From Halomicrobium mukohataei DSM 12286 (lineage in GTDB: Archaea; Halobacteriota; Halobacteria; Halobacteriales; Haloarculaceae): a DNA stretch of 32,000 nt. A model generated the notes under the pieces. It saw only the letters and a program-made list of their open reading frames with translations, had not been told where the DNA came from and did not search any database. Location of the stretch: contig NC_013202.1 in the NCBI RefSeq assembly GCF_000023965.1, positions 2,580,001-2,612,000 of the forward strand, written 5' to 3'. A program made the translations under genes and the position numbers. The first letter of the stretch is position 1, and each line of letters begins with the position of its first letter. Positions 1 through 9,212 of this stretch are shown in pieces.

Positions 1-1861
1 TCGCGCGCACCCCCTTGCCGGGGACGTTCTCGAAGGCCTCCGGCGAGTCGAGAGTGAGTCCGCGCTCGCGTGCGCCCTCGACGATCGCCTCGGCCAGCGG
101 GTGCTCGCTCTCCTGCTCGGCGCTTGCGGCCATCGCGAGCACGTCGTCCTCGTCGAAGCCGCTCGCTGTCTCGTGTCCGCCGCGCTGGACGCCACCGTCG
201 GGCGCGGCCGGATCGAGCGCTACGACATCCGTCAGTTCCATCTCGCCTTCGGTGAGCGTCCCCGTCTTGTCGAAGACCACGGCGTCGACGTCGCGGACCC
301 GTTCGAGGATGTCGCCGCCCTCGAAGAGGACGCCGTGTTGGGCACCGATGGCGGTGCCGACCATCGTCGCGGCCGGCGTCGCGAGCCCCAGGGCACAGGG
401 GCAGGCGATCAGGACGGCACTGGCGAACACGACGATCGCGAACTCGGTGACGCCGATCGGTCCACCGACTGCCTCGGGGCCGCCGCCCAGCAGCCCCCAC
501 AGGGGCAGCGCGTCGACGAACCCGCCCAGGACGGCGGGGAACTGCCACCACAGGACGCCCCACAGCAGGGCGTTGGCGATGACTGCCGGGACGAAGTACG
601 CCGAGATTCGGTCGGCGATCCGCTGGATGTCCGGCTGACGCGACTGGGCGTCACGGACGCGGGCGACGATCTGCTGGATCGCCGTCTCCTCGCCGACCTT
701 CGTCGCCTCGACGACGAGCGCGCCGTTCTCGTTGATCGTCGACCCGATCACCTCGTCGCCCTCGGCTTTCTCGACCGGGACGGACTCGCCGGTGACCATC
801 GACTCGTCGACCGCGGATTCGCCGTCGACGACGACGCCGTCGGTCGGGACCTTCTCGCCGGGCCGGACTTTCAGTCGGTCGCCGACCGCGACCGCTTCCA
901 GCGGGACCTCCTCCTCGGTGCCGTCTTCGTGGACGACCGTGGCGGTCTCGGCCTCCATCTCCAGCAGCGACCGGATCGCCTCGCCGGCTTGGCCCTTCGA
1001 GCGGGCTTCGAGGTAGTTCCCCAGCGTGATGAACACGAGGATCAGCGCGGCCGTGTCGAAGTACAGCCCCGCACCGGGGATCAGCCCGATCAGGGCCGCG
1101 ACGCTGTAGACGTACGCCGTCGACGAGCCAAGCGCGATCAGCACGTCCATGTTCGCCCGGCCGTTGCGCACCAGCGCGCGGTAGGAGTTGACGTAGAAGG
1201 GCTTGCCGAGCGCGATCTGGACCGGCGTCGCGAGCGCGAAGGCGAACCAGCCCACGTCGATGCCGGCCAGCGAATCGCCGAGCAGTCCCAGCCCGAGGAC
1301 GTGATCGACCAGCATCACCAGCAGCGGGACCGAGAGCGCGCCGCCAAAGAGCGTGAGGCGAAGCTGGCGGCGGATCTCCGCTTGCCGCGCGAGGTCGCGC
1401 TGGTCGCGGTCGTCCCCGCCGTCTCCGCTGTCGTCTCCCGCCTCCCGGACCGGCGTGTAGCCCGCCGACTCGATCGCGTCGTAGAGGTCCGAGCGGTCCG
1501 CCTCGGCCGGGTTGTACCGGACCTGTGCCTCGTCGGTGGCGTAGTTCACGTCGGCCGCGACGACGCCGGGGGTCGCCAGCAGCGACTCGGCGTTGGCCTC
1601 GGCGCAGTTGGCACACGACATGTCCGTGATGCCGACCGAGACCGTCTCGTCGACGGCACCGTAGCCGGCCGACTCGACGGCGTCGTAGATCGCCGACAGC
1701 GACGTGACTTCGGGATCGTACTCGACGCGCCCCTCGTCGGTGGCCGCGTTGACGTCGGCCGACGCGACCCCGTCGAGGGCGTCGAGCGCGTCCTCGATCG
1801 TGGCTGCACAGTTCGCACAGCTCATACCCGTCACCGACAGACGGGTCGTCCTGGTACTCAT
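1..1861 (-). CDS. copA: Copper/heavy-metal translocating P1B-type ATPase, N-terminal ~620 aa (3' end runs off the window)
   Basis: Absent from the ORF track because it has no stop in the window. My translation of the minus strand from the ATG at 1861 gives MSTRTTRLSVTGMSCANCAATIEDALDALDGV... A second HMA domain follows (GITDMSCANCAEANAESL), then TM helices, the CPC motif (VLIACPCALGLATP) and the phosphorylation motif (VVFDKTGTLTEGE). Confidence 0.93.
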   Translation of the reverse strand, partial: MSTRTTRLSVTGMSCANCAATIEDALDALDGVASADVNAATDEGRVEYDPEVTSLSAIYDAVESAGYGAVDETVSVGITDMSCANCAEANAESLLATPGVVAADVNYATDEAQVRYNPAEADRSDLYDAIESAGYTPVREAGDDSGDGGDDRDQRDLARQAEIRRQLRLTLFGGALSVPLLVMLVDHVLGLGLLGDSLAGIDVGWFAFALATPVQIALGKPFYVNSYRALVRNGRANMDVLIALGSSTAYVYSVAALIGLIPGAGLYFDTAALILVFITLGNYLEARSKGQAGEAIRSLLEMEAETATVVHEDGTEEEVPLEAVAVGDRLKVRPGEKVPTDGVVVDGESAVDESMVTGESVPVEKAEGDEVIGSTINENGALVVEATKVGEETAIQQIVARVRDAQSRQPDIQRIADRISAYFVPAVIANALLWGVLWWQFPAVLGGFVDALPLWGLLGGGPEAVGGPIGVTEFAIVVFASAVLIACPCALGLATPAATMVGTAIGAQHGVLFEGGDILERVRDVDAVVFDKTGTLTEGEMELTDVVALDPAAPDGGVQRGGHETASGFDEDDVLAMAASAEQESEHPLAEAIVEGARERGLTLDSPEAFENVPGKGVRA

Positions 1862-1981
1862 CTCGTGTATCGATACGGGCTCCTGTTTCATGCGGTTTGC
1901 CCCTTCGAAGCCAAGGTCTCTATCGAGGTAGACTTTCGAATAGAAGGATATCGCGGCCCGAAACGATCGCTTCCAAACCGA

Positions 1982-2572
1982 TCACGTCCCGTCTCGGAGC
2001 TGGTCGTACGTCTCGACGAACCGAGACTCACAGGACTCACAGCAGAAGTAGTACTCCGTCCCGTCGAGGACGCGGCTCGTCCCCTCGTCGTCGACGGTGT
2101 TGCCACACTCGACACAGGTCGGGGCCAGCTCGGCAGAGCCGACGCTGGGCGACCAGACGGTGTCGGCGAGGACGCGCACGTCGAACTCCCGGACGTACTG
2201 GAGGAGGTCCCACTCTTCGAGCAGCGACGTTACGTCGGCCTCGGGCACCGTCGCGGTAAAGAGGAGCCGCGCGTCGACGGTCCGAAGCACGTGTTCGACG
2301 GCGTCGACGGTGCCCAGGCGCGTCGCGACGTCGGCGGCGATGTCCGGATCGACGCGCAACTCGACGAGGACCGAGACGCCGTCGCGAAGCATCTGGCGGT
2401 CGAGTTCCACCGTGAACCGTCGCAACAGCCCGCGCTCTTGCAGCCGTTCGATCCGGTCGGACACCGCGGGTCCGGACAGATCGACCGCGTCGCCGATCTC
2501 GCTGTAGGGCCGGCGGGCGTCTTCTAACAGCAGTTCGAGGATCTGGCGATCCGTGTCGTCGAGCGTGTCCAT
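1982..2572 (-). CDS. Lrp/AsnC-family transcription regulator with C-terminal TRASH metal-binding domain
   Basis: 196-aa ORF with an N-terminal HTH (DRQILELLLEDARRPYSEIGDAVDLSGPAVSDRIERLQERGLL) and a central ligand-binding-like domain. The C-terminal Cys cluster CVECGNTV...YYFCCESCESRF is typical of TRASH. It lies directly upstream of copA on the same strand. Confidence 0.9.
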   Translation of the reverse strand: MDTLDDTDRQILELLLEDARRPYSEIGDAVDLSGPAVSDRIERLQERGLLRRFTVELDRQMLRDGVSVLVELRVDPDIAADVATRLGTVDAVEHVLRTVDARLLFTATVPEADVTSLLEEWDLLQYVREFDVRVLADTVWSPSVGSAELAPTCVECGNTVDDEGTSRVLDGTEYYFCCESCESRFVETYDQLRDGT

Positions 2573-2574
2573 GG

Positions 2575-3258
2575 TCAGGCAGTGCCGGTGTTCTCCTCTG
2601 TGGGAACGGGCCGAACGTGTATCAGTTCTGCGACGCGGTCGGGTAAGGACACCTCGCGGCCGTCGATGGCGACGGTGACCATCCCGATCGGAGCCACGTC
2701 GACGATCTCCAGCCGGCTCTCGGGGGCGATTCCGCGCTCGGAGAGGTACGCCAACTCGTCGGAGTCCCGGTCGCTGATCCGCTCGACGACGACCTCGTCG
2801 CCGGTCTCGTGTTCGCCGAGCGTCTCGCCGAACTCCTCGTCGAGGGGCTCCAGAGTCTCGCTCGGAATCGGGTCGCCGTGGGGATCGACCTCGGGGTCGC
2901 CCAGCGCGGCCGCGACGCGGCGCTCGAACTCCTCGCTGATGTGGTGTTCGAGCCGGTCGGCCTCGTCGTGGACCTCCGACCAGTCGTACCCCAGGTGTTC
3001 GGTGAGGTACGTCTCCAGCAGCCGGTGGTGGCGGACGACTTCGAGCGCGACGGTCTCGCCCTCCGGTGTGAGGTGCGCTCCCTTGTACTTCTCGCGCTCG
3101 ACGAAGCCGGCGTCGGCGAGCGTATCGAGCATGCTCGATGCCGTCGGCGGCGTCACGTCGAGTGCGTCGGCCAGCGACGAGGTCGAGACCGCTCCCTCCT
3201 CGTCACGCTGGAGCTGGTAGAGGGCCTTCAGGTAGTCCTCCATCTTCGCGCTCAACAT
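2575..3258 (-). CDS. DtxR/SirR/MntR-family metal-dependent transcription repressor with C-terminal FeoA-like domain
   Basis: 227 aa. N-terminus MEDYLKALYQLQ..., winged helix, dimerisation/metal-site region (HHRLLETYL, DEADRLEHHISEE) and a C-terminal SH3/FeoA-like domain (VVVERISDRDSDELAYLSERGI). There is a 2-nt gap to the Lrp-TRASH gene. A TATA-like TTATTT lies about 30 nt upstream of the ATG. Confidence 0.9.
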   Translation of the reverse strand: MLSAKMEDYLKALYQLQRDEEGAVSTSSLADALDVTPPTASSMLDTLADAGFVEREKYKGAHLTPEGETVALEVVRHHRLLETYLTEHLGYDWSEVHDEADRLEHHISEEFERRVAAALGDPEVDPHGDPIPSETLEPLDEEFGETLGEHETGDEVVVERISDRDSDELAYLSERGIAPESRLEIVDVAPIGMVTVAIDGREVSLPDRVAELIHVRPVPTEENTGTA

Positions 3259-3335
3259 TCACTCTCTGGTAGGGCCATCGCAAGGAAATAAGTATCGTTG
3301 CCGAGGATTCGGCCGCGCGGCTCGACCGCTCGCGC

Positions 3336-3515
3336 TCACCGCTCGGGCGGCTCTGAGTCGTCCTGTCTCCGGACGCCGTCGCCGTCGTCGGCCGCCCACT
3401 TTCGCTGCTGACCGGTCAGGACCCAGAGCACCGCGTAGCCGGCTACGCCGACGACGAACAGCGTCGCCGGGATCAGGAACGGGCCGAACGTGTCGACGGC
3501 TGTCGCGACGACCAT
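3336..3515 (-). CDS. Small (59 aa) single-pass membrane protein, hypothetical
   Basis: Below the ORF-track size cutoff. My translation is MVVATAVDTFGPFLIPATLFVVGVAGYAVLWVLTGQQRKWAADDGDGVRRQDDSEPPER: one hydrophobic helix plus an acidic tail. It is co-directional with its neighbours. There are no ORF-track anchors nearby, so coordinates could be off by 1. Confidence 0.4.
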   Translation of the reverse strand: MVVATAVDTFGPFLIPATLFVVGVAGYAVLWVLTGQQRKWAADDGDGVRRQDDSEPPER

Positions 3516-3659
3516 GTGCCGGCTAGGGTCACCGCCGGCATAAGTGCCAGCATCCGGCCCAGCCGTCGCTCACAGTCTGTGTCCAGACGGCCGAACCGTC
3601 GACGCGACGAGCCGGCGGCGCTCCGGCCGGCTGGACGACAAAACCGCGGCGGGAACGGC

Positions 3660-3908
3660 CTATAGAAGGTCCTGATCGTCGAGCTGTTCCATCACGCTGT
3701 CGACGAACTCGTCGACGCTGTCGTAGGGGAAGTCTCCGCCGAGCTTGGTGTTGAGCTCCATCGCCGTCATCGAGAAGTCGCCGGACTCGAACTTCGTCGA
3801 CGGCCCGCTGGGCAGGGCCGGGACGAGGTCCATCGGACTGGAGATCGGGTAGTCGGCTTCCTCGAACGCTTCGGTGAACTGCTCTCTGAGGTCGTCTTTG
3901 TCTGCCAT
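3660..3908 (-). CDS. MTH865-like family small acidic protein
   Basis: MADKDDLREQFTEAFEEADYPISSPMDLVPALPSGPSTKFESGDFSMTAMELNTKLGGDFPYDSVDEFVDSVMEQLDDQDLL resembles the haloarchaeal MTH865-like family. I start at the internal ATG 3908. The track's 3965 start adds a Cys/Trp-rich extension, and a T-rich TATA-like box (CTTTTTTAGA) sits about 25-30 nt upstream of 3908. Confidence 0.8.
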   Translation of the reverse strand: MADKDDLREQFTEAFEEADYPISSPMDLVPALPSGPSTKFESGDFSMTAMELNTKLGGDFPYDSVDEFVDSVMEQLDDQDLL

Positions 3909-4014
3909 GTCATCCCGTTTGTCGACCGGTCTAAAAAAGCATTCGACCACACCACACAGCCACATTGTTTAGAGTTTATTGTGAGACCGCCACCGGTTCG
4001 CCGCGGACAGACCG

Positions 4015-4602
4015 TCAGTCGTCCGCCGCGACCGGTTCGCCGTGGCTGATGTCGGTCCCCAGCAGGTCGAGGAACTGTGCGAGCCACTCGTCGTGGTCCG
4101 GCCAGGCCTGACCGGTGACGAGGTTGTCGTCGGTGACGACCTCGTCGACCCACGAACAGCCCGCTGCCTCACACTCCGCCCGGACGGCAGGGAAAGACGT
4201 CATCTCGTACCCGTCGAGGACGCCGGCAGCCGCCAGAATCTGTGGGCCGTGACACAGCGAGGCGACGGGCTTGTTCGCCTCGAAGAAGTGCCGGACTGCG
4301 TCGAGCACCGGCTCGTGGATCCGGAGATACTCCGGCGCGCGTCCGCCCGGCACGACCAGCGCGTCGTAGTCGCTGGGGGTCACGTCGGCCAGCGTCGCGT
4401 TCAGCTCGAAGTTGTGCCCACGGCTCTCCATGTAGGTCTGGTCGCCCCGGAAGTCGTGGACGGCGGTCTTGATCGTCTCGCCGGCCTCTTTCTCCGGACA
4501 GACCGCGTCGACCTCGTGGCCGACCATCTGCAGCGCCTGGAAGGGGACCATTATCTCGTAGTCTTCGCCGAAGTCGCCGACGATCATGAGGATGTCACTC
4601 AT
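4015..4602 (-). CDS. DJ-1/PfpI-family intracellular protease/deglycase
   Basis: MSDILMIVGDFGEDYEIMVPFQAL...ASLCHGPQILAAAGVL carries the nucleophile elbow Cys-His of the PfpI/DJ-1 class. I start at ATG 4602 rather than the track's 4656. Confidence 0.9.
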   Translation of the reverse strand: MSDILMIVGDFGEDYEIMVPFQALQMVGHEVDAVCPEKEAGETIKTAVHDFRGDQTYMESRGHNFELNATLADVTPSDYDALVVPGGRAPEYLRIHEPVLDAVRHFFEANKPVASLCHGPQILAAAGVLDGYEMTSFPAVRAECEAAGCSWVDEVVTDDNLVTGQAWPDHDEWLAQFLDLLGTDISHGEPVAADD

Positions 4603-4712
4603 TGGAAACACCGCGCTCGTCGAGAGCGCGTTAGAGAGTGACACAGCCGGCGACAATAAAGCAGACGGTGAACTGACAGAATCTCGTCAGGCGAGCGACA
4701 GTGAGCGGCCGT

Positions 4713-5498
4713 TCAGCGTTCGGAGAGAACGCTGTCGACCTCCGCGATCGAGTCGAGGACGTGGTCGGGTCGCACGTCGCTGTCGGCGAGATCCTCCCGC
4801 GTCGTGGCACCCGAGAGCACCAGCGCGGTCTCCATGCCGGCCCGTTCGCCCATCGCGACGTCCGTCGAGAGTCGATCTCCGATCACGAGACAGTCCGACG
4901 CCGGAACGCCCAGCCTGTCGAGTGCCGCCTGTATCGCCCGTCTCGACGGCTTGCCGAGGATCTGGTCGGGCTCCGCTTCGAGGACACCGGCGACCGCGTT
5001 GACGATGGCTCCCGACCCCGGCGTCGGCAGGCCGTTCTGGCCGGGGAAGGTGCGATCGGGGTCCGTCCCGAGGAAGGTCACGGTCTCGTCGTAGGCCCGA
5101 AGGGCGTCGACCATGTCGTCGTAGTGGAACTCCGGGCTCCACCCTGCGAGCAACACGTCCGCTCGCTCGGGGTCGTCGGTGAGCGCCACTCCTTCGGTGT
5201 CGAGAATCTCCGCGATTCTGTCCGCGCCGACGAGAAATACGGCGTCGTCGGCGTGGCGAGCCCGGAGGTACTCGGCTGTCACGTCGGCCGCCGAACAGGC
5301 CTCGCCCGGACGGACCGTCACGCCGAGGTCGGCGAGCCGGTCGACGTAGGCCGCCCCGTTGCGGGTCGGATTGTTCGAGAAGAACAGCAGCGACTCGCTG
5401 GCGGCTCTGAGGGAGTCGATCCCTGCCGGTGCGCCCGGAACGAGGTCGTCGCCGTGATACACGGTTCCGTCGAGATCGACGATCACGCCGCGGCTCAT
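4713..5498 (-). CDS. HAD-superfamily subfamily IIA hydrolase (NagD-like sugar/nitrophenyl phosphatase)
   Basis: 261 aa with motif I VIVDLDGTVY, FFSNNPTR, GKPS and motif IV VIGDRLSTDV. Confidence 0.88.
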   Translation of the reverse strand: MSRGVIVDLDGTVYHGDDLVPGAPAGIDSLRAASESLLFFSNNPTRNGAAYVDRLADLGVTVRPGEACSAADVTAEYLRARHADDAVFLVGADRIAEILDTEGVALTDDPERADVLLAGWSPEFHYDDMVDALRAYDETVTFLGTDPDRTFPGQNGLPTPGSGAIVNAVAGVLEAEPDQILGKPSRRAIQAALDRLGVPASDCLVIGDRLSTDVAMGERAGMETALVLSGATTREDLADSDVRPDHVLDSIAEVDSVLSER

Positions 5499-5537
5499 CG
5501 AGAGGCGCTACGGACTGGATCGTCAAAGGCCGACCGG

Positions 5538-7040
5538 TCACTCGACGAAGGTGACGCCGCTGATCTCGACGGCCAGACCGCCGTCCTCGCTCTCGCCGAG
5601 GTCGACCGACCAGCCGTGGGCCTCGGCCACCCGCTCGACGATGGTCAGTCCCATGCCGGTCCCCTCGGTGTCGCTTGAGTACCCCATCTCGAAGGGGTCG
5701 CCGTCCGTCGAGAGGTCCATGCCACAGCCGTCGTCGGCGACGACGAACCCGTCGTCGGTCACGCTGACGGTGACGGTCACCGGCTCGGCGTTCTCGGCGT
5801 CCGACGAGGGGCGGCCGTGGTCGACGGCGTTCCCGTAGAGGTTCGAGAAGATGCTCCCGAGACGGCCGTCGTCGGCCTGAATCCGGGCCGACGAGTCGAT
5901 CACCAGCTCCGCCTCGCCGCTGTCGGTCACCATCCAGCTCTCGCGGGCGATCGTCCCAAGGTCGACGACGCTGGGGTCGTCGACGGTCTCGCCCTCGCGA
6001 GCGAGTGTCAACACGTCGTCGATCAGCGACTCCATCCGGTCGAGCGAGCGCGTCAGTCTCGCCCGCAGCTCGGCGTCGTCTCCCCTGTCTTTCTCTAACA
6101 ACTGGAGTGCGGACTGGGCCACGTTGAGCGGATTTCGCATGTCGTGGCTGACGACGCTGGCGAACTCTTCGAGGCGCTCGTTCTGACGCTTGAGCTCTCG
6201 TTCGCGTTCGACGCGCTCCGTGATGTCCCGAGAGACCAGCTGGAACGACGGCCGGTGGCTGTGTACGTCGATCGGGACGTAGATGTTGTGAAACGACCGG
6301 CCGTCGATCTGGTCTTCTGCGTGGGTGGGATCGCCGTCCTCGATGACGGACTGGCCGACTGCCGTCCGCTCTTCACCGATCGTCCCGAGGACCGCAGCGA
6401 GCGTCTGGCCGACGAGTTCCGCTCGGCTGATGTCGGTGAACTCGGCCATCGCGGGGTTGGCCGCGAGGATCGTCCCGTCCTCGGCGACCTGTGCGATCAG
6501 GTCCGGCGAGGTGTCGACCAGCAGCTCGTACTTGGCCTGGGTGCGGCGCTTCGAGACGACGTTTCGGATTCTGTTCGCGAGTCGGCCGTACTGCTTGTCT
6601 TCGACGACCTCGAGCTTCAGCAGGTAGTCGGTGACACCCGCGGCGATGGCCTCGCTGGCGACCTCCTCGTCGCCGCGCCCGGTGAGGAGGATAAAGGGGA
6701 TGTCGGACTCGCGTTCCCGGACCGCATCGAGGAACTCCAGGCCGTCCATTCCGGGCATCTCGTAGTCGCTCACGATACAGTCCACGTCGTTGTCAGAGAA
6801 GTAGTCGAGAGCAGCCTTCGGGTCGCTGGCCGCGTGCGTACCGAAGCCGTGGTCCTCGGCCAGCGTCTCGGCAGTCATCTCCGCGAAGAATTCGCTGTCG
6901 TCGACGACGAGGACACTGAGTTGTTCTCGACCGCTGCTTGGCGTTGTCACGTGGGACACCTGTTCGATTATCGTGGTATTGCGTGAACGGACACTTATAG
7001 GTACTCGATGCAGTCGCGTCGCCACGGCGTCCACTGGCAA
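5538..7040 (-). CDS. Hybrid sensor: receiver (REC) + PAS + HisKA/HATPase histidine kinase
   Basis: REC domain (LSVLVVDDSEFF...DYEMPGMDG...LLTGRGD), PAS, H-box FASVVSHDMRNPLN, N box NLYGNAVDH and G boxes DDGCGM / GTGMGLTIV. The track start 7040 is a TTG and there is no in-frame ATG before the REC domain. A TATA-like CTATAAG (about 6994-7000) lies inside the 5' extension, so the true start is probably GTG 6959 or 6950. Confidence 0.88.
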   Translation of the reverse strand: MPVDAVATRLHRVPISVRSRNTTIIEQVSHVTTPSSGREQLSVLVVDDSEFFAEMTAETLAEDHGFGTHAASDPKAALDYFSDNDVDCIVSDYEMPGMDGLEFLDAVRERESDIPFILLTGRGDEEVASEAIAAGVTDYLLKLEVVEDKQYGRLANRIRNVVSKRRTQAKYELLVDTSPDLIAQVAEDGTILAANPAMAEFTDISRAELVGQTLAAVLGTIGEERTAVGQSVIEDGDPTHAEDQIDGRSFHNIYVPIDVHSHRPSFQLVSRDITERVERERELKRQNERLEEFASVVSHDMRNPLNVAQSALQLLEKDRGDDAELRARLTRSLDRMESLIDDVLTLAREGETVDDPSVVDLGTIARESWMVTDSGEAELVIDSSARIQADDGRLGSIFSNLYGNAVDHGRPSSDAENAEPVTVTVSVTDDGFVVADDGCGMDLSTDGDPFEMGYSSDTEGTGMGLTIVERVAEAHGWSVDLGESEDGGLAVEISGVTFVE

Positions 7041-7055
7041 ACCGCGACGACAGCC

Positions 7056-8465
7056 TCACTCGCGGAAGACGCTCGTCCACCGCGGGCCGGCCCGTCTCGT
7101 CAGCACCAGGCCCGCGACCGCGCCGACGAGCGCGATCGCTACGGCGACGGCGCGTACGAGAAGGGGGTCGACGCGCACCGCCAGCGCGGCGACTACGAGG
7201 GGCGTCGCCAGCGTGGCGAGGGCGGCACCGAACAGCGCGAACCGCGGCGTGTCGAACAGCAACTCGTTGGGCGAGAGCCCGGACACCGCCGCAGTCACGC
7301 CGAAGACGTACAGCGCGACCAGCGGTTGAACGACGGCTCCCAGCGCGATCTCGGCGAGAGGGTACCACAGGAGCGCGACCGCGAGATAGAGCAGCGACGC
7401 CCCGACCGACAGCAGGAGGTACGCCCGCAACGCGCCGCGAAACACCGCGTCGTAGCTGACGGGATACCGGAGGTACTCCCGCGGGTCCCCGAACTGGGTC
7501 ACCCAGCTGTAGGTCGTGAACCCGCCCAGGCCCAGCAGCGTGCCGAAGGCGATGCCGACGCCCGGCTCGATACCCGTCGCGGCCGTCACCTGCCGAAGCA
7601 CCAGCGCCGTGACGCCGAAGAGGACTCCCATCGAGAACAGGACTTTCCAGACCGAGCCCGCCGAGCGCGCGACGGCGAGCAGCGGGCGACGCGTCAGCCC
7701 GTCGGGCGCGACGGCGACCAGCAGGCGGTCCAGCCGCCGGTGGCGGCCGTCCGTCCCGTCGTCTTCGGTCGGCTCGAACAGCGCGATCCCGAGGCCGCCG
7801 AGAGCGATCGACGGGACAACCGCGGCGACGAGGGCCGCCACGGACGGATCGGTGAACAGGCGGTACGGCGTCAACGCGACGGGATCGGTGCCGGTAGCGA
7901 CGACCGCGACCACGCCAGCGGCCAGCGCGACGCCGACCGCGAGCGCGTTCCGCGCGGCCAGCGCCGCGAGTGCGAGGCTGGCCGTCGCGCCGAGCGCGAA
8001 CGCCAGCGTCACCGTCAGCCAGGCGAGCGCGACCGCCGCGGGAGCCATCCCGCGGCCGACGGCAACCACACCGAAGCCCGCCAGCACGGGGGTGACGAAC
8101 AGCCCCGAGTAGTAGAGGACCTCCTTCACGAGGAAGAGACCGAGGAGCCGTTTCGTCGACAGCGGGAGCGTCCGGGCGGAGAAGAGCAACAGCGTCACGT
8201 CGCCCAGCACGTCCCGCAGGGCGTCCCGGCCGACGAGACCGATCGTCCCGACCTGGAGACCGAACAGCGCCACCAGCGCGTGCAGTCCGCCGAGGACGGC
8301 CGCAGGCCCCGTCCCAGTGGCCGCCAGCAGCGCGGTTCCCAGCGCGGTGAGTGCGCCGATCGCCAGCGGAAACCCCGCGAATCGACGGCCGCCAAACAGC
8401 TCGCTGTGGAGTCGCCACTCCTCGCGGACCATCCACGACAGCAGCGTCCGGTTGGACGCCGTCAT
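7056..8465 (-). CDS. Polytopic membrane protein, putative permease partner of the upstream ABC ATPase
   Basis: 469 aa from ATG 8465 (MTASNRTLLSWMVREEWRLHSELFGG...), with about 10 or more hydrophobic helices. The longer track ORF (to 8843) has an Arg-rich extension overlapping the ATPase gene. The ATG overlaps the ATPase TGA (ATGA), suggesting translational coupling. I recognise no specific family. Confidence 0.75.
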   Translation of the reverse strand: MTASNRTLLSWMVREEWRLHSELFGGRRFAGFPLAIGALTALGTALLAATGTGPAAVLGGLHALVALFGLQVGTIGLVGRDALRDVLGDVTLLLFSARTLPLSTKRLLGLFLVKEVLYYSGLFVTPVLAGFGVVAVGRGMAPAAVALAWLTVTLAFALGATASLALAALAARNALAVGVALAAGVVAVVATGTDPVALTPYRLFTDPSVAALVAAVVPSIALGGLGIALFEPTEDDGTDGRHRRLDRLLVAVAPDGLTRRPLLAVARSAGSVWKVLFSMGVLFGVTALVLRQVTAATGIEPGVGIAFGTLLGLGGFTTYSWVTQFGDPREYLRYPVSYDAVFRGALRAYLLLSVGASLLYLAVALLWYPLAEIALGAVVQPLVALYVFGVTAAVSGLSPNELLFDTPRFALFGAALATLATPLVVAALAVRVDPLLVRAVAVAIALVGAVAGLVLTRRAGPRWTSVFRE

Positions 8466-9187
8466 CCGACGACCGCCTCGCGCTCGGCGTCGACCTCCGC
8501 GACGAACACGTCGAGCAACTCGCCGTCGTCGAACTCGCGGGGATCGCAGGTCGCGACCAGCCGGCCGTCGGAGACGATGCCGACGCTGGTACACAGCTCC
8601 TGGGCCACCTCGACGAAGTGCGTCGAGAGGAAGATCGTGTTGCCCGCCGCGCAGTAGTCGGCGAGGTGGCGCTTGACCTGTTCTTGCATGATCGGATCGA
8701 GGTTGACCAGCGGTTCGTCGATGAAGACCAGTTCGGGCTCGTGAACGAAGGCGGCGGCGAGCATCACGCGCTGGCGCTGGCCCTCCGAGAGGTTCGTCGA
8801 CAGGGTGTCGAGCGTCTCGACGAACGACAGTCGCTCGGCCCACCGCTCGACGTGGTCTTCCGGATCGGACAGCGCCCGGACCTCGCAGACGAATTCGAGG
8901 AACTCCCGCGGCGTGAGGAAGCTCGGCGGATCCTCCCGCTCGGGCAGCGTCCCGATAGCCCGACGGACCGCCATCGGTTCGGCGACGGGATCGTGGCCCA
9001 GGACGGTCGCCGTACCCGACGTGGGCGTCCGCTGGCCGGTCAGTATCTCGATCGTCGTGGTCTTGCCCGAGCCGTTCGGTCCGAGCAACGCGAACAGTTC
9101 GCCCTCCCCGACCGTCAGCGACAGTCCCGACAGCGCGTCGAGGTCGCCGTACTCCTTCGTGAGCCCCGTCGTTTCGATCGCCGGCAT
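8462..9187 (-). CDS. ABC transporter ATP-binding protein
   Basis: 241 aa with Walker A GPNGSGKTT, signature LSEGQRQR and Walker B LVFIDEP. Confidence 0.93.
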   Translation of the reverse strand: MPAIETTGLTKEYGDLDALSGLSLTVGEGELFALLGPNGSGKTTTIEILTGQRTPTSGTATVLGHDPVAEPMAVRRAIGTLPEREDPPSFLTPREFLEFVCEVRALSDPEDHVERWAERLSFVETLDTLSTNLSEGQRQRVMLAAAFVHEPELVFIDEPLVNLDPIMQEQVKRHLADYCAAGNTIFLSTHFVEVAQELCTSVGIVSDGRLVATCDPREFDDGELLDVFVAEVDAEREAVVG

Positions 9188-9212
9188 GGGGCTATCCAGT
9201 AGACGGCTCGGC

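Noticed and set aside
1867-1876. The 10-bp palindrome gtatcgatac just upstream of the copA ATG as an operator for the Lrp-TRASH regulator.
   Set aside because: About 30 perfect 10-bp palindromes are expected by chance in a 32-kb window. Without conservation data it is not evidence, so it is only mentioned inside the metal-cluster finding.
101-2527. Very long ORFs with Arg/Pro/Gly-rich translations, for example 101..2527 (+, 808 aa), 6793..8436 (-), 7008..8657 (+), 12682..14286 (+), 28772..30163 (-) and 30769..31896 (-).
   Set aside because: They lie antisense or out of frame to genes with clear family signatures. Their composition is basic and low in complexity, the opposite of acidic haloarchaeal proteins. 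Long stop-free frames are expected at about 68 % GC.
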